A stretch of 64,000 nt of DNA from the human T2T-CHM13v2.0 reference genome, Homo sapiens. The translations under genes and the position numbers were made by a program. Numbering within the stretch: position 1 is the first letter of the stretch; the number at the start of each line of letters is the position of its first letter. The DNA is taken from the NCBI RefSeq assembly GCF_009914755.1, contig NC_060941.1, one strand, 5' to 3'. The notes under the pieces are model-generated. The model worked only from the letters and a program-made list of their open reading frames with translations, was not told where the DNA came from and made no database searches. Of the stretch, positions 1 through 17,915 are shown one piece after another.

Positions 1-334
1 GCTGTCCACCCTTCAGGCCTCTCTTCCCAGGCCTTCTCCCCCACAGCTATCTGTGCATATATGGGCCATTCTCTCATCTCCTGCCTCCACCTCCCACAAA
101 GCCAAGGACTTTCCTTGTGGCAGGGAGGAGGGACTGTGAACCACACAGGAGCCAGGTGGGCCCGCTACGTGCTGGAGGGAAAGAACGTGGTCCCTCACAT
201 TTGTGAAGTTAGAGAGGGCCACTCAGCTCTTGCAAGGAGATGGGAAGGGCAGAACCATCTTTCCAATTGATCCTGGTGGGAGTCCTGGGAGGTGGGTGGG
301 ATGGGACCACGTAAGACCTGGAAGTCATCAGTCA

Positions 335-525
335 TAGTAACTACCACTTATTGAGTGTCCAGCACTGATTCAAGGGAGTTCTTGACAAATATCTCATTTA
401 ATCTTCATAAAGCTCCCTTAAAGAAAGGGTAAACATTACTATTCCCATTTTACAGATGAGAAAACTGAGTTTAGAGAGGCTAGGTAATTTGCCCAAGTTG
501 CTAAGCTGAAATTTGAACCCAGGTT
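335..525 (-). mobile_element. MIR SINE
   Basis: Reverse MIR core CCCATTTTACAGATGAGAAAACTGAG...TTTGCCCAAG...TTTGAACCCAGG. Confidence 0.85.
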
Positions 526-529
526 TTTT

Positions 530-757
530 AACTTATTTCATCACTCAACCAATGTTAATATTTGCGGGAGCCAGGTGCTGTTCTAGGTGCTGAGGACAGC
601 AGTGAGCAAGGCAACCAGGTTCCTGCCCTCATGGGGCTTCCATTCCAGCAGGAGGATGCAGGGAGTAAACAAGTAAACAAATGACAATCATCATCTCAAG
701 TATGACAAGTGTTATGAAGACAATAGAAGTGGGACTTATGATTGAGAATGCCTGAGA
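530..757 (-). mobile_element. L2 LINE 3' end (continues at about 2400)
   Basis: GCCAGGTGCTGTTCTAGGTGCTGAGGACAGCAGTGAGCAAG...CCTGCCCTCATGGGGCTT resembles the reverse L2 3' terminus. Confidence 0.75.
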
Positions 758-962
758 GGCCTCCATTCCTTAGCAATACAATGGACTGGACACCCTGCAG
801 ACAACCTTCCAATACAAAACACCTAGAAATGCCGGGTAAAAAAATATAACAAACATCTTACCACAGGTACAGTCAAGTGGCAAAAAATTGAGGGAAATCT
901 CCAGGAGTCAAAACAAAGAAGACTGCTCCTGTCTTCACCTGGACTCGAGTGAAAATGAAAAA

Positions 963-1300
963 GCCACCAGGCGTGGTGGCAAGTGCCTGTAGTTCCAGAT
1001 ACTGCGGAGGCTGAGGTGGGAGGATCTCTCTCTCTTTTCATTAAAAAAAAAAATTGTAGAGATGGGGTCTCACTATGTTTCCCAGACTAGTCTGCAACTC
1101 CTGGACTTAAGCAATCTTCCTACCTTGGCCTCCCTAAGCAGTCTTCCTACCTTGGCCTGCCAAAGTGTTGAGATTACAAGCGTGAACCACTGTGCCTGGC
1201 CAGGAGGGTCTTTTGATCCCAGGTCAAGGCTGCAGTGAGTTATGATCGCACCACTGCACTCCAGCTTGGATGACACAGCAAGACCACATCTCTAAAATGA
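963..1300 (+). mobile_element. Old Alu right monomer (AluJ/FRAM-like), split by an antisense FLAM
   Basis: CCAGGCGTGGTGGC...GAGGCTGAGGTGGGAGGATC, resuming at about 1202 with GGTCAAGGCTGCAGTGAG...ACTGCACTCCAGC. Confidence 0.8.
1040..1201 (-). mobile_element. FLAM-C / AluJ left monomer
   Basis: GTAGAGATGGGGTCTCACTATGTT...CAAAGTGTTGAGATTACA...CCACTGTGCCTGGCC, with an internal 27-bp tandem duplication. Confidence 0.85.
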
Positions 1301-1322
1301 AATTTTTTTAAAGAAAATGTAG

Positions 1323-2140
<818 letters not shown>

Positions 2141-2399
2141 TTAGGATTGAGATAAATACAGATCCTCTCTGGAGAGACAAACCTTCAATACAGGTGTCTA
2201 TGACTCTCCTACATAAAGCTCTTTGAGCCTGAGCCCGCATTTCAAAACCACACATCACCCAAGGAAATACACAACCATGAGTGAGCGTCTGCCAAAACAG
2301 TGAGCACCCGATGGGGAGCCTGTGGATTTCATATTGTGGAGTCATCAAACAGAGAACCCCAAAAATTTGTCTATCTCCCATGTTTAAAAAAGAAATGAC

Positions 2400-3150
<751 letters not shown>

Positions 3151-3329
3151 TCTGGAAGAAGACCCTCTTTGCCCAGAGAGGGGTCCCTGAGGAGTGTGTG
3201 TGTGAGGTGGAGATTGGTAGATGGGAAGAGACCATTGATCAGCGAACTCAGCCAGAGAGGAAGAAATAAGAAGCTGAGCCTGGTTAGCCCACTGTGACTC
3301 AGCCCCATTGCCCAAATTAGTGATTTCAT

Positions 3330-3460
3330 TGATTCACTGATTCATTCAGTAAAATGCTATTGAGTGTCTCCCAAGGTGCCAGATTCTAGGGACACACTGG
3401 GGCTGGAGGGTGAGAGGCCTGGTCCCTGTCCTGAAGGAATTTGCAGTCACCGACAATGAC
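3330..3460 (-). mobile_element. L2 3' end fragment
   Basis: TTCATTCAGTAAAATGCTATTGAGTGTCTCC...GGTCCCTGTCCTGAAGGAATTTGCAGTC. Confidence 0.6.
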
Positions 3461-3649
3461 AACCTGTGGGGAAAGTTCTGGGCCAGTGGGAGGGGAGAGG
3501 AAAGGTGAGTGCCCATTCTCAGGGAGGGAGCAGCGTCAGGAACAGCTTCTCAGACGGTGACAGGAACTGCTCCTCCCCTGGATCTCAGGGACCCAGCCCA
3601 TCTCCAGCTGAACCTCCTTGTGCCCCTCCCTGTAGAAAGGCAGAGTGTG

Positions 3650-4260
<611 letters not shown>

Positions 4261-4544
4261 TCCAGTGCTGTTGAGAGGAACATCCATCTGCAGGCTTCCT
4301 CCCATGCCCACTGCCCTCAATCCCACTCCTGCACAGGCTCAACTCCCCTTGGCCATCAGGGCCCTGGCAGCAGGAGTGGCAGTCAAGACACGGCCAGGAG
4401 CAGAGAATCTCAGGGCAGCCGTGCCAGCTTCCCAGGCTGGGCTTCCCAACTTCTCCGCAAGTTTCCTGGGAAGAGTCCCCTGGAATGGGGCACCAGGAAC
4501 GAACTTTATAAAATTCTCCACAACCAGCCAAGCAGAACCTATTT

Positions 4545-4890
4545 TCCCTCACAATGCAATTAACGGCACCAACATTTACAAAATATGATTACAAGCGCTT
4601 TGGTTAAGTAGAGGAAAGTATATTAGATAGCAGCGAGGGGTTGATCTTAATGTGCATTTTTTCGAGAGACTTGCATTTTCTTTGTGCAAATAAAGAGGCC
4701 CTAAATTCTCCATAGGCACTAAAATCAATGCAGTGGAACCATGATAACAAACACAGGCTCCACTTTTTGCTACATCCCCCAATTAATTAAGCCTTTCACG
4801 GGCATGTAATTAGGAACATTAGCAAGTCATAAAATTGCCGTGAGTCTTTAAATTATGTGCTGGCCCTCAGCAATTTGTTTTTAATTCCTT
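4545..4890. promoter_or_regulatory. Candidate conserved enhancer (homeodomain-motif-rich AT island)
   Basis: Repeat-free AT-rich island with AAATCAAT (4722), AATTAATTAA (4781), TAATTA (4807), GTCATAAAA (4826); function is inferred only. Confidence 0.5.
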
Positions 4891-5029
4891 CTGAAGACAA
4901 TGGCACTGCGGGGCCCAATAGATCTTCATAGCGCCTACTGTGCTCTTCGTAACAGCCCTGCCCCAGCTCCCCTCCTGGCAGCTCCGGTGCCTGCATTTCA
5001 GCTCCCAGGGCCCAGGAAGTGCCTGGCAG

Positions 5030-5517
<488 letters not shown>

Positions 5518-5533
5518 TAAAAATTATCTTGTA

Positions 5534-6170
<637 letters not shown>

Positions 6171-6861
6171 ATAAAAATTATTTGGTAGAGACAAGGTCTC
6201 ACTGTGTTGCCCAGCTGTGTTACTTGAACTCCTGGCCTCAGACGATCCACCCGCCTTGGCTTCCCAAAGCACTGGGATGACAGGCATGAGCCACCACACC
6301 TGGCCCTCCTTCACTGTTTTCTTTTCTCTCTTCCTCCTCCATCCCCTCTTCTTTCCCTGCTTCCCGCACCCCCAGCACAAGGCTCCTCCCTGCCCTCACT
6401 GTGACCCCTCAGGAGTGAGCCGGGCACAGGGGCTGCTCCCCCTCCCTCACCCTCCCACCAGACCCCGCTCCTGGCTCCTGGATTCCCATCCACATTGTAA
6501 AGAACTAGCCTGACCTGCCACCCTGACCTGCCACCCTGTGATTTGTGGCATCAGTTATATCCCTAGGGAGCCAAACCCTGAAGCAATCTGGAGGTGTCTG
6601 AGGGGATGAGGGGTCGGGGTGATGACCCCTGCTCCCACCACCCTTCCTCCTCTGCGGGCCAAGCAGAGGACTGTGGTATTTGCCTTGCTGGCCAAATGCC
6701 CTAGAAAGGATCTATGTCTGCCTTGCACTCGTCTGCCAGGGCCCTGGCACCCATGGGAGTGGGAGAATCCTGGCCCTGACTGCTATTTGTGGCCCTTCCA
6801 AGCCTGTTGCCACTGGCTTCAGGCCTCAGGGGAATTAAGTCTTTGGGCTCAGGCCTTCTAA

Positions 6862-7284
<423 letters not shown>

Positions 7285-7494
7285 TAGCACCCGTGTCTCC
7301 CACTACCAGCCCCATTGGCCAATCAAACTGTTTTCCAAGGTGTATTGAAATTTTGGTTAGAGAAGGACCAACTTCTGTCTGGGCCCCTGTCCCCTTCCTT
7401 GGTACCACCAGTGTTCCACCCCACTCCTGGAGGTCACAAGACTTCTGTGAAATCTGAGAGTCTCCAAGTTTTAGAGCCAGGAGGAACATTACAA

Positions 7495-7580
7495 AAGTGT
7501 GTAGTGGTGCAATCACAGCTCACTGTAGCCTTGAACTCCTGGGTTCAAGCCACCCTCCTGCCTCAGCCTCCTGAGTAGGT
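7495..7580 (-). mobile_element. AluJ/FRAM fragment
   Basis: GTAGTGGTGCAATCACAGCTCACTGTAGCCTTGAACTCCTGGGTTCAAGC. Confidence 0.8.
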
Positions 7581-7719
7581 GTCTATGGAAACTCTTCTTC
7601 TCAGTCTCTTCTCAGCTTCTTCTCCCAGTGAAAACCAGCTCTTTCTGTACTTCCCAATGGTGATAGGCATTGCAAGCACTGGATGCTATTTTGAGTTCTA
7701 CTTGCCTTCTGCGCACGCA

Positions 7720-8072
7720 ACAAGATGGTCTTCTCCACCCCACTGAGGTTAGTCATGGCCTTTGTGTTTTGTGTGAACCAATGAACTGTGAGCAGAAGTG
7801 GTATGTGTCATTCCGGTGGAAGTATTGAAGAGCCAAGGTACAATTCTCCATGTCTTCTCTCGGCTACCATGGAAGCACATGTTGATAGGAAGATATCTTG
7901 GTGGAGGTGGCCTGGAATCTCTGTCATCACATGGTGGCAGCTTCCCTAGAAAGCTGCCCAGACTCACAGAAGATTTTTTTTTAAGCAAAAAGTAGACCTT
8001 TGTTGTGTTAAGCCACTGAAATTTTGATGATGTTTGTCACCACAGCATAACCTTTCCTGTCCTGACTAATCC
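7720..8072 (+). mobile_element. MaLR LTR (MLT1J/I-like)
   Basis: CCAATGAACTGTGAGCAGAAGTG...; 3' end TTTGTTGTGTTAAGCCACTGAAATTTT...CAGCATAACCT...CTGACTAAT. Confidence 0.75.
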
Positions 8073-8595
8073 ACCAAGAAAGAGCCTCTGATTGGTCCAG
8101 CTTATCTTTTTGCCCAGGCTTATCCTGTGAACTTGTTTGTTTGTTTATTTTCTCCTTGACCATTCACTGAGCCAGTGTGAGGGTTAGCTGCCTTTAGGTC
8201 AGATGCCTACACTACCCCAATCAGGGAAAACAGTTCTTCAATGTGTAAGCTTCCCCTACTCACCAGAATAAATGTAACTTAACTTCTTCTTAAATGCAAT
8301 ATAACTTCTTAGGTTGGCCTACAAGGCCCTCAGTGAGCTTACGCTCTCTGTCTACCTCTCTCCAACCACATTTTCCTCTTCTCCCAACCCTCTTTCGCAT
8401 CTCAGGCCCCAGAGACACTGAGCTTCTCTTCATTCCCTTATCACATCAGCTCTGTCACAAGCCATCGCTGTTCCCTTTGTCTAAAACGCTGTTCCTCTCA
8501 CGTCTCCTCCTGAGGAGATACTGATTTTAAAATGTTTTAAAATGGTATTGTGTATATTTAAGGCCTATATCATGATGTTATAAGATACATTATCT

Positions 8596-8899
<304 letters not shown>

Positions 8900-10376
8900 A
8901 AGATGCATTATCTATCTATCCAGATGTAGATGTAGAGAGTAACCATTTTAGCAGCATCTCTGTCGTCTTTCCATCTCTCTCCTCACCCCAACACATTGTC
9001 TAACAACAACGATGATGAGAAGGCCAATATTTATTGACTGCCTACCACTGCCCTGCACTGGGCGAAGCACCATTCAGAGCTGATCTCTTCGAACAATCAC
9101 TATTACTGTCCTATTCTAGATCCTCCAGAACCTCTATACTCGATTGCCTCCCTATGGTCCTGCAGAAGGTCTTAGTAATACTCTGTTGAATGACTGAATG
9201 TTGCCTTCATGAAATTACTAAATGAATAAATGAATTCTGACTTATCTGCAAAGAAGAGACCAGGAATTCATGTAACACATCCAGAAAAAAACTAAAGATT
9301 ACCTCTTCCCTCATTCACATAAGCCTGCTTTGTAAACTGCCTAGGCAGCTGTGAGCCTGTCTTCAGGGAGTCTGGATGGTCAGGGTGTCCCCAGTGAAAA
9401 GGACACACATTCCCCCTCTTGCTGGCACATGCAGGCATTCCCTGGCCCTGGCCAACAGCCCCCTTCCAGCCCCAACCAGGACCCACTCGCAGTCTCAACA
9501 CCAAGGCAAGTGGGTGCCCCAGGAGCCCAGCCTGGAGGCAGCTGCATTCCCTCAGGACAGACAGCTGTGATTGGAAGCCTGGCGAATGGAGTCTAACCTT
9601 GAGTAAGTGTTTTCTTGTTGTCATCCACAGATCTAACGCAAAGCCTGCAGAGAATGCACGCTGGAGACATATATTATACCCAGAGCTTTTTATCTTGCAC
9701 ACGTGACCCTGCCCATCATGAGCTGTGCGTTTTATTCTTGCTGGTGGGACAAAAACCACCTCCCACTGCAGCATATATCAAGGGAAAGAATGTTGAACTT
9801 TCTTTGCATTAATATAAATAGCTGTTTAGGCCTCATTCCCCAGCCTGGGACCCTCTGTGCACCTGTCCTTCATCTACTCTATTTGGCATCTGGTTCAAGT
9901 TTGGTTTATTTAGAGCCCAGGTCGGCGGGCTTTTACATATTAAAGGTGCATTTTAAAAGAGCATTTTCTATTCTAATTTGGGGGAGCCAAGCTCTTTAGG
10001 GCTTTCGGGAGCGGTGTCCACCTGATTTACATTTCCCCCATTGGAGCCGAGCCACAGACGCACATTAGAATGTAAATAATAGTGATGGATACATGTATCT
10101 TTAAAGATCCATTTTCTCTCCATTTTTTCTTTCTTTGAGGGGAGGGGACAGGCCAGGGAGGAACTGAAGTATTCAGGCTGTGGGGGCAGAGGAAAGAAAG
10201 AGGAGGGAGGGAGATGTGCTGGGTTTCCCGGGAAGGCTGCAGTTCCCAGGGGACGGAAGGCAGCAGTTCAGAGGGCTGGGGGGCCAGGGTCTCTGCAGGA
10301 GGCAAGGCCAGTCCCTGCTTTGTCTGGGGAGAGGCTACTGGACTGCGATTGAGCCGGTGTTCCAATATTGGCTCCA

Positions 10377-10830
<454 letters not shown>

Positions 10831-10979
10831 GGAGCTTTATTCATGTTGGCTTTTGTTCTTTATTGTTATCCTTGTAAATCTTGTCTTCTATCCCAAGCTC
10901 TGGTGCCCCGCACATGGCAGACACTTGATTAGTGTATATAAGCTGGACTCCCTTCATTCAATGGCAAGAAATTTACCTG

Positions 10980-11125
10980 AGCCTGGTGCAGTGGCACACA
11001 CCTATAATCTCAGTTATTTGGAGGCTGAGGTGGGAGGATTGCTTGAGCCCAGGAGTTCAAGACTGCCGTGAGCTGTGATCATGCCACTGCACTCAGCCTG
11101 GATGACAGAGCGAGACTCTATCTCT
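10980..11125 (+). mobile_element. Free Alu monomer (FAM/FRAM-like)
   Basis: Single monomer GGAGGATTGCTTGAGCCCAGGAGTTCAAGACTGCCGTGAGCTGTGATCATGCCACTGCAC. Confidence 0.85.
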
Positions 11126-11245
11126 AAAAAAGAAAGAAAGAAAAGAAAGAAAGAAGAAAGAAAGAAAGAAAGAGAGAAAGAAAGAAAGAAAGAAAAAAAA
11201 AAGAAAGAAAGAAAGAAAGAAGAAAGAAAGAAAGAAAAAAGAAAG
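11126..11245 (+). repeat. (GAAA)n microsatellite from the Alu tail
   Basis: Imperfect AAAG repeats. Confidence 0.95.
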
Positions 11246-11389
11246 ACATTAACCCAGCTCCTACCGTGGGCTGGAGGAAGATGATGATTCAGATATGGTT
11301 CCTCACCTCTACCCATCTGCCACTCCTGCCAAAGGCAGGACTTACCCACCTCCTGGTGGCCTCCATCTAAGCCATGCTCTCTCATACTT

Positions 11390-11760
11390 TCCATGCCCTA
11401 AGCCCAGGACCTCCTCTCCCCTCTGCTTCACCTGAATAGATCCCATTCAGCCCCATTCCAGGAAGCTTCTCCGACCCTCCGAGCTGTGTCAGGTGCCCTC
11501 CCTGAGGGTCTGGAGTGCCCATTACTTCCTCCCATCACACCGCTTACCATCCTACATGGTAACTGGTACGTCTGTATCTCCTACTAAAGTCCAAGCCCCA
11601 GGAGAAGAGGAATTGTGTCTGTTTTGGTCACCTTTATATCCCCAGCCTGGCAGATATTAGGTGCTCAATACATGCTTGTTGAATGAATGAATCTCTGTAT
11701 AACCAAACCAACACCTAGCACAAACTAGGTGCTCAATACGTGTTTATTAAATAAAATGAT
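11390..11760 (+). mobile_element. L2 3' end
   Basis: GGTCACCTTTATATCCCCAGCCTGGCAGATATTAGGTGCTCAATACATGCTTGTTGAATGAATGAA. Confidence 0.75.
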
Positions 11761-14700
11761 GAAGTTGATGCTTTCAAGGAATTCAGTCTTATCAGGGGTC
11801 AATGCACATGCTGCTATTTTGTGCAAATGGAGCTCAGAAGGAGCAGCTGGGAGAGTCAGGAGGACTTCCTAGAGGAGGTGGCAGGTCAGTAGGGTCTTGA
11901 AGAATAAGTAGGGATTGTTCCAGAGGAAGAGGGAGAGATGTTGAACAGAGTGGATATTTTGACAGGGGAGAGACCCTGAATGGGAACACCAAGAGACAGA
12001 ATTCTTTCCTGGATCTTGGGCCAGGATGCTATTGTTAAGCAATTCGGGATGGGATTCATCTAGGATGTGTTCAAATGTGGGCACGGGTAGAGCTAATTGT
12101 GGGGAGCAGGGAGAGGCTGGAGCAGTGTGGTGGGGAGGTGTCTGGACTCAGCTGTAGCTGGGAAGTGGGAGAGAGTGAGGAGAGAATGCCCACCCCTTAT
12201 CCCTGAAAGGAGACCCAGCTTAGGTGCTCACGGCCAGGCAGGGACCAGGCCCGGTGCCCAGAGCCTCTGAAGGGCTGGGATAGTAAGGATGGAGGAGGAG
12301 ATGAGATGAAGGTGCCCTCCTGGCCTCGATTTCCCCAGCAAGAAGCTTGGGCTGATAGGATTGCTTCAGAAATCCAAGGCAGAAAGCCTAGAGCCATCAC
12401 TCAGGAGCCATGGTGGGGAGCAGTGGTGATGTCAGAAGCAATGACAGTGCAGAAGGGAAAACAAGAGTGGGGAGAAGGAAAGAGAATCAGGGACCAGAGG
12501 ACCCCTTGACCCAGAGAAACAGGAAGTTAGGGTGGGGGGAGTGGGAAATGGGTGTTGGGACAGCAGGGCAGGGGTGCAGAATAGTGGGGGATGGGGGAGG
12601 GCCTCCCAGGGAGGGAGGTTCAGAGCTTGGCTATAGCAGTGCTGAGAGGAGGAAGGTGGTTAGGACTCTGGAGGCGGAGGGCAGATGAAGATGTTCTTTC
12701 ATCTTCTTCCTGGCAAGAAGGGGCCAGGCCGTGATAGGGAGAATGACGGAAAGTCTCTTTGGAGCTGTTGGTTTGAAAGAATTTGTCTTTGGAACAAGCT
12801 TTTTATCAGTCAGCTTTAAAGATCAGCATTCCTTAGAGGCTGCTCCATCTTCCTCTCTCTCTGTTTCTCTCTCGCATCCCCTCCTTCTCCTGGTCTCTCT
12901 ATCTCCCTTCCCATCTCACGGTCCCTTTTTCGGCACCGCATTTGTCTGTGTGGTTTTTCTGCTCCTGGAAATCCCTTGCCCTCTTCTGCCTCACTGCTCG
13001 CTGACAACAGGCCAGGCCCTGCTCCGTGTCTCCAGGTGGCCGTGGGGACAGAGAGGGGAGAGGGCAGGGGCAAGACTGGCAGAGCCACCAGTCTGTGATC
13101 TGGGCTGGGCTGTGAGGCCCTGGGCCCCAGGGAGGAAAAGGGGTGGGGAGAGCTGCAGGCCATCTGGTCCCTTGCCCCTGCCACAGCCCCCCTCTCCAAG
13201 CCAAAGTACCTTTGCTCATCACGGCCAACTGCCCAGGTATGGCCCTCACCTGTCACATGTCCACAGCAGAGCCAGGTTCGAGGAGCCAAGGGAGAGAGGC
13301 TGGTGCTTACAGGGTGTCAGGCTCTCTCCCATGTTAGCCAGAGAGGAGTCTGGGCCTCATTTTCCCCAGGGGAAACTGAGGCATCCCACTCTCATGAGGC
13401 AAGTGAGGGAAGGGCAGATGGAACTGATGGCGAGGAGGGGGCTGGCTAGAAGGTCAGAAGGAAGCCAAGCCAGAAAAAGTGGGGGGCTGGGCCACCCTCC
13501 TTTTCCAGTCCCTCTCCTTTCTCATTAGCATTTTATGTTCCCCACCATCAACGGAGATAGCCTGGGCCTTATCTCATCTCCTGCCCTGGCTGGGATGGCC
13601 TGGAGGACTCTCATTTCCCGCCCCTGGGTGTTCAAGCTGAAAAGTTAATGATTTGTTTTTCTTGGAGGGGATAGGTCTGGGGGGCAGGCATGGGGTCACA
13701 GGTTTCCTTGGAGCCACCAGGAGCTTCCTTCTTTCTTTCTAGTCCAGGAGGGGCAGTGAACTAGGGAGGAGGGGAGTCCATTGGTGGCCTGGGTGTCAGT
13801 CCTGAGCTGCAGCTCCAAGAAGCCCCAACCCGGGGCCAGCAACTCTAAGCCATTTCTGAGGTGCCTCATCAGCACCCCACCCTCCAGAGCTTGGGGGTGA
13901 CCCTCTGGGGCACCAGGCTCCCCCCACGCCAGGCCCGGCTATTCCTAGTGTCTGGAATGGGAGGGGTCTGTGCTCCGTGAGAAACAGGGAGCGAGCCAGG
14001 CCATGTGTACAGAGAGGCATCAATTTCACAGGGCTTGCTCCTGAGTGGGTTTCACATAAAAGGATTAAAGCGAGAGGAAGTGCAGAGGAAATGGGATGTT
14101 GGACACCTTGTTAAACGGGCTGTCAGGGCTCCCAGAGCGTGGGTGCTAACTCTATTCCCTGTCTCCACAGAGAGCAGGCCAGGCCATTACCTGAGCGATC
14201 AAAGATAGGGCGTGTGAGTCCGGAGAGTTCTGACAGCGCCTGGAGGACCAAGAGCAGGGCCAGGCAGGAAGATGAGGCCTGGACTAGCCCCACTGCCACC
14301 TCTCAGGCCTCATTCCTGAGGGGTTAGGGGAAATGGAGGCTCAAGGCTTCCGCTTACCTGTGCCTGGGGAGCTCCTTGCCCTGGGATTAAATCACAGCAC
14401 GATTTGGGTGTGGGGAGGGAGGTGGGAGGGCATTTGACCTAATGATGTGTAGATTACCATTTCCTTCCTTATCTTAACACCAAGGGACATTCTTTTTCCT
14501 GAGCCCCGGAATTGGCTCAGTTTGTGAATGAATCTGATGGGATCAGCACTTTTCCTGGAGAGATAAGGGGGTTATCAGGGTGGAGGGAGGTCTTCCTCTG
14601 GGAGGAGCAGCGGAGAGAAGGACCTGGGGGTGGGGGGCATGCCGTGGGGAGGGCCCAAGTGACCTACCAACCGGGTAGCTCAGCCATCTATACCGGGACC

Positions 14701-14783
14701 CCTGGCCGTTCCCGCTGGCTGTCCCTCCTCTGTCTGGACTGCTTCCTGCCCACTTCACCCAGCCAATTCTTGCTCATTCTTTA

Positions 14784-15075
14784 TATTTATTTATTTAGTT
14801 TTGAGTCTCGCTCTGTCACCCAGGCTGGAGTGCAGTGGTGCGATCTCACTGCAACCTCTACCTCCAGCAGGTTCAAGCGATTCTCCTGCCTCAACCTCCC
14901 AAGTAGCTGGGATTACAGGTGTGCGTCACCATGCCCAGCTAATTTTTGTATTTTTAGTAGAGACAGGGTCTTGCCATGTTGGCCAGACTGGTCTCGGACT
15001 CCTGACCTCAGGTGATCCGCCCGCCTCGGCCTCCCAAAGTGCTGTGATTACAGGCGTGAGCCACTGAGCCTGGCC
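14784..15075 (-). mobile_element. AluSx-like
   Basis: Full dimer; TSD AATTCTTGCTCATTCTTTA (14765) / AATTCCTGCTAATTCTTTA (15076). Confidence 0.95.
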
Positions 15076-15689
15076 AATTCCTGCTAATTCTTTAGACACT
15101 TAGCCCTGGCTGAATGTTGGGATCCCCTGGGAAACTCTACACACTTTCCCAAGCTAGGATCCACCGCAGAAGATGCAGCCAGAATCTCTGGGGGCTCTGG
15201 GCAGAGTCTTCAAAGCCCTCTTACAAGTGCCCCAGGAGGCTTTCCCTAATGCCTCAGGCTGTTAGAGACCCACCCCCTCTGTTGCCTCAGCTCCTGAGGT
15301 AGATCTCCACAGGTCACACCTATCACAGGACAGGGTAGTTTTCTGCTTACCTTTCTGTCTAGACCTCTCACCCCAGACTGTGAACGCCCCGAACTTAGGG
15401 CCAGGGGCACTCACCATTGCCCCCTGGGCTTAACCCTGCACTCGGTGGGCTGCGGGAGGTTGGGAATGAGAGCAGGTCTTAAGTCATCTTCCCATCTCCT
15501 CTACCTGCAGCAGAGGCTGCGTAGAGCTGGTCCTGGTGTGCACATTGAATGTGTGATGATCGCATTTCATTTCACCCTCTGAGATGTGAGGATGGGAGGA
15601 GAGTTAGCAGAGGTCCCTCATCCTGCCTAGTGGGGGTGCAGATGGGGTTTCAGGACAACTCCTCCCCTGTTCCCGCCCCAGTGCTTTTG

Positions 15690-15846
15690 ATTTTTTTATT
15701 TTTAATTTTTCTTTTTAGAGACAGGATCTCACTGTGTCACCCAGACTGCAGTGAGGTGATGCAATCATAGCTCACTGCAGCCTCGGAACTCCAGGCTCAG
15801 CCTCCGAAAGATCTGGAAATACAGGACTGAGCCACCGCACTCAGCC
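15690..15846 (-). mobile_element. Old Alu monomer (FRAM/FAM-like)
   Basis: TTTAGAGACAGGATCTCACTGTGTCACCCAG...ATCATAGCTCACTGCAGCCTC. Confidence 0.8.
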
Positions 15847-15856
15847 ACCCACTGAC

Positions 15857-16163
15857 TTTTTTTTTTTTTTTTTTTTGAGATGGAGTCTCACTCTGTCACC
15901 CAAGCTGGAGTGCAATGGTGCAATCTTGGCTCACTGCAACCTCCACCTCCCAGGTTCAAGTGATTCTCTTCCCGTGCCTGAGGCTCCCAAGTAGCTGGGA
16001 TTACAGGTGAGCATCACCATGCCCAGCTAATTTTTGTATTTTTAGTAGAGACGGGGTTTCACCATGTTGGCCAGCCAGGTCTCGAACTCCTGACCTCAAG
16101 TGATCCTCCTGTCTTGGCCTCCCAAAATGCTGAGATTATAGACATGAGCCACTGTGCCCGGCC
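15857..16163 (-). mobile_element. AluS (Sz/Sx-like)
   Basis: Full dimer with poly(T); TSD CACCCACTGA at 15846 and 16164. Confidence 0.95.
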
Positions 16164-16213
16164 CACCCACTGATTTTTAAATGCTTTCAACATGGGGAGG
16201 TGAGAGTTTAGAT

Positions 16214-16861
<648 letters not shown>

Positions 16862-17606
16862 GATTAGGTGAAGTTCCCAATTCCAAGCTTGCAGCCCAGA
16901 TCTGCTCTCCCCCGTCCCCTCCACCCCACTCACTCCTGAGGTTACCAGGGACCTGGGCCACACCAGCTGCCCCTCGATAAGATAAAGGTATGTGTGTGAA
17001 GGGACAGGAACAAGTGAGCGGAAATCCTGATCCCTCCAGGGATGGGGGCGGGAGCGTGAAGGCTGTGAATTTGAGAGACGTGCTGATGAGTAATGTGGTT
17101 TCACTTCAGGTCATTTCCTGAAAGTCAGATCCACTTTGCACGTGAGGACAAGAGTGGGAGCTTCCGAATTCACTCTCGGGGCCTCCAAATTAAAAGCCAA
17201 ATAGGATGTAGCTTTTGCCTGGGCTGCATCTTCATCTGTCAAGAGCAGTTATCTTCAGTGTGCCACTGGGGCCTGCTACTGTCTGTCATTCACCCCCACC
17301 CAGTGCCTGTGGGGGCATGCACACCCCAGCAGGGGGAGGTATCCAGTAACGGGTCCAGATACCACTGGTTATTCCAACAAGGAGGGAGGTGAGATTAGGG
17401 GCCCCTGAGGGAGGACTTACCCAGCCAGGTCTTTAGAGGAACCTGCCACCTCTGGCCCAAACTTCTAGCCAGTCTTGCCACTTAGGGCCTAGGCTAGACT
17501 CTTGGAGGTTCTCTCTGGAAAAGGGTTGGGAATGCTCTACAAAGGCCCAGTTATCTAGAGAGGAAGGAAAATAGCAGAGTCTGATGCTCAGAAACTGCCA
17601 GCTTCC

Positions 17607-17915
17607 GGCCTTGCACCGTGGCTCACATCTGTAATCCCAGCACTCTGGGAGGCCCAGGCGGGAGGATTGCTTGAAGCCAGGAGTTTGAGACCAGCCTGGG
17701 CAATATAATGAGACCCCGTCTCTATAAGAAACATAAAAAATTAGCCAACGTGGTGGTGCATGCCTGTAGTCCCTGCTACTCAGGAGGCTAAAGCAGGAGG
17801 ATCACTTGAGCCCAGGAGGTCAAGGCTGCAGTAAGCTAAGATTGCACCACTGCACTCCATTCCAGGCTAGAGTGAGACTCCATCTCTAAAGAAAAAACAA
17901 AAAAAAAACATGCAA
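17607..17915 (+). mobile_element. AluJ
   Basis: GGAGGATTGCTTGAAGCCAGGAGTTTGAG and GGAGGTCAAGGCTGCAG are J-type diagnostics; TSD AAACTGCCAGC. Confidence 0.93.

Noticed and set aside
6510-6538. 13-bp tandem duplication CCTGACCTGCCAC (similar 12-bp case near 22004-22027)
   Set aside because: Ordinary slippage micro-duplications with no further support.
12731-13528. Longest ORF (265 aa)
   Set aside because: Non-ATG start, no recognisable domain, composition follows local CT/GC-rich DNA, and no convincing splice structure; expected by chance in GC-rich sequence.
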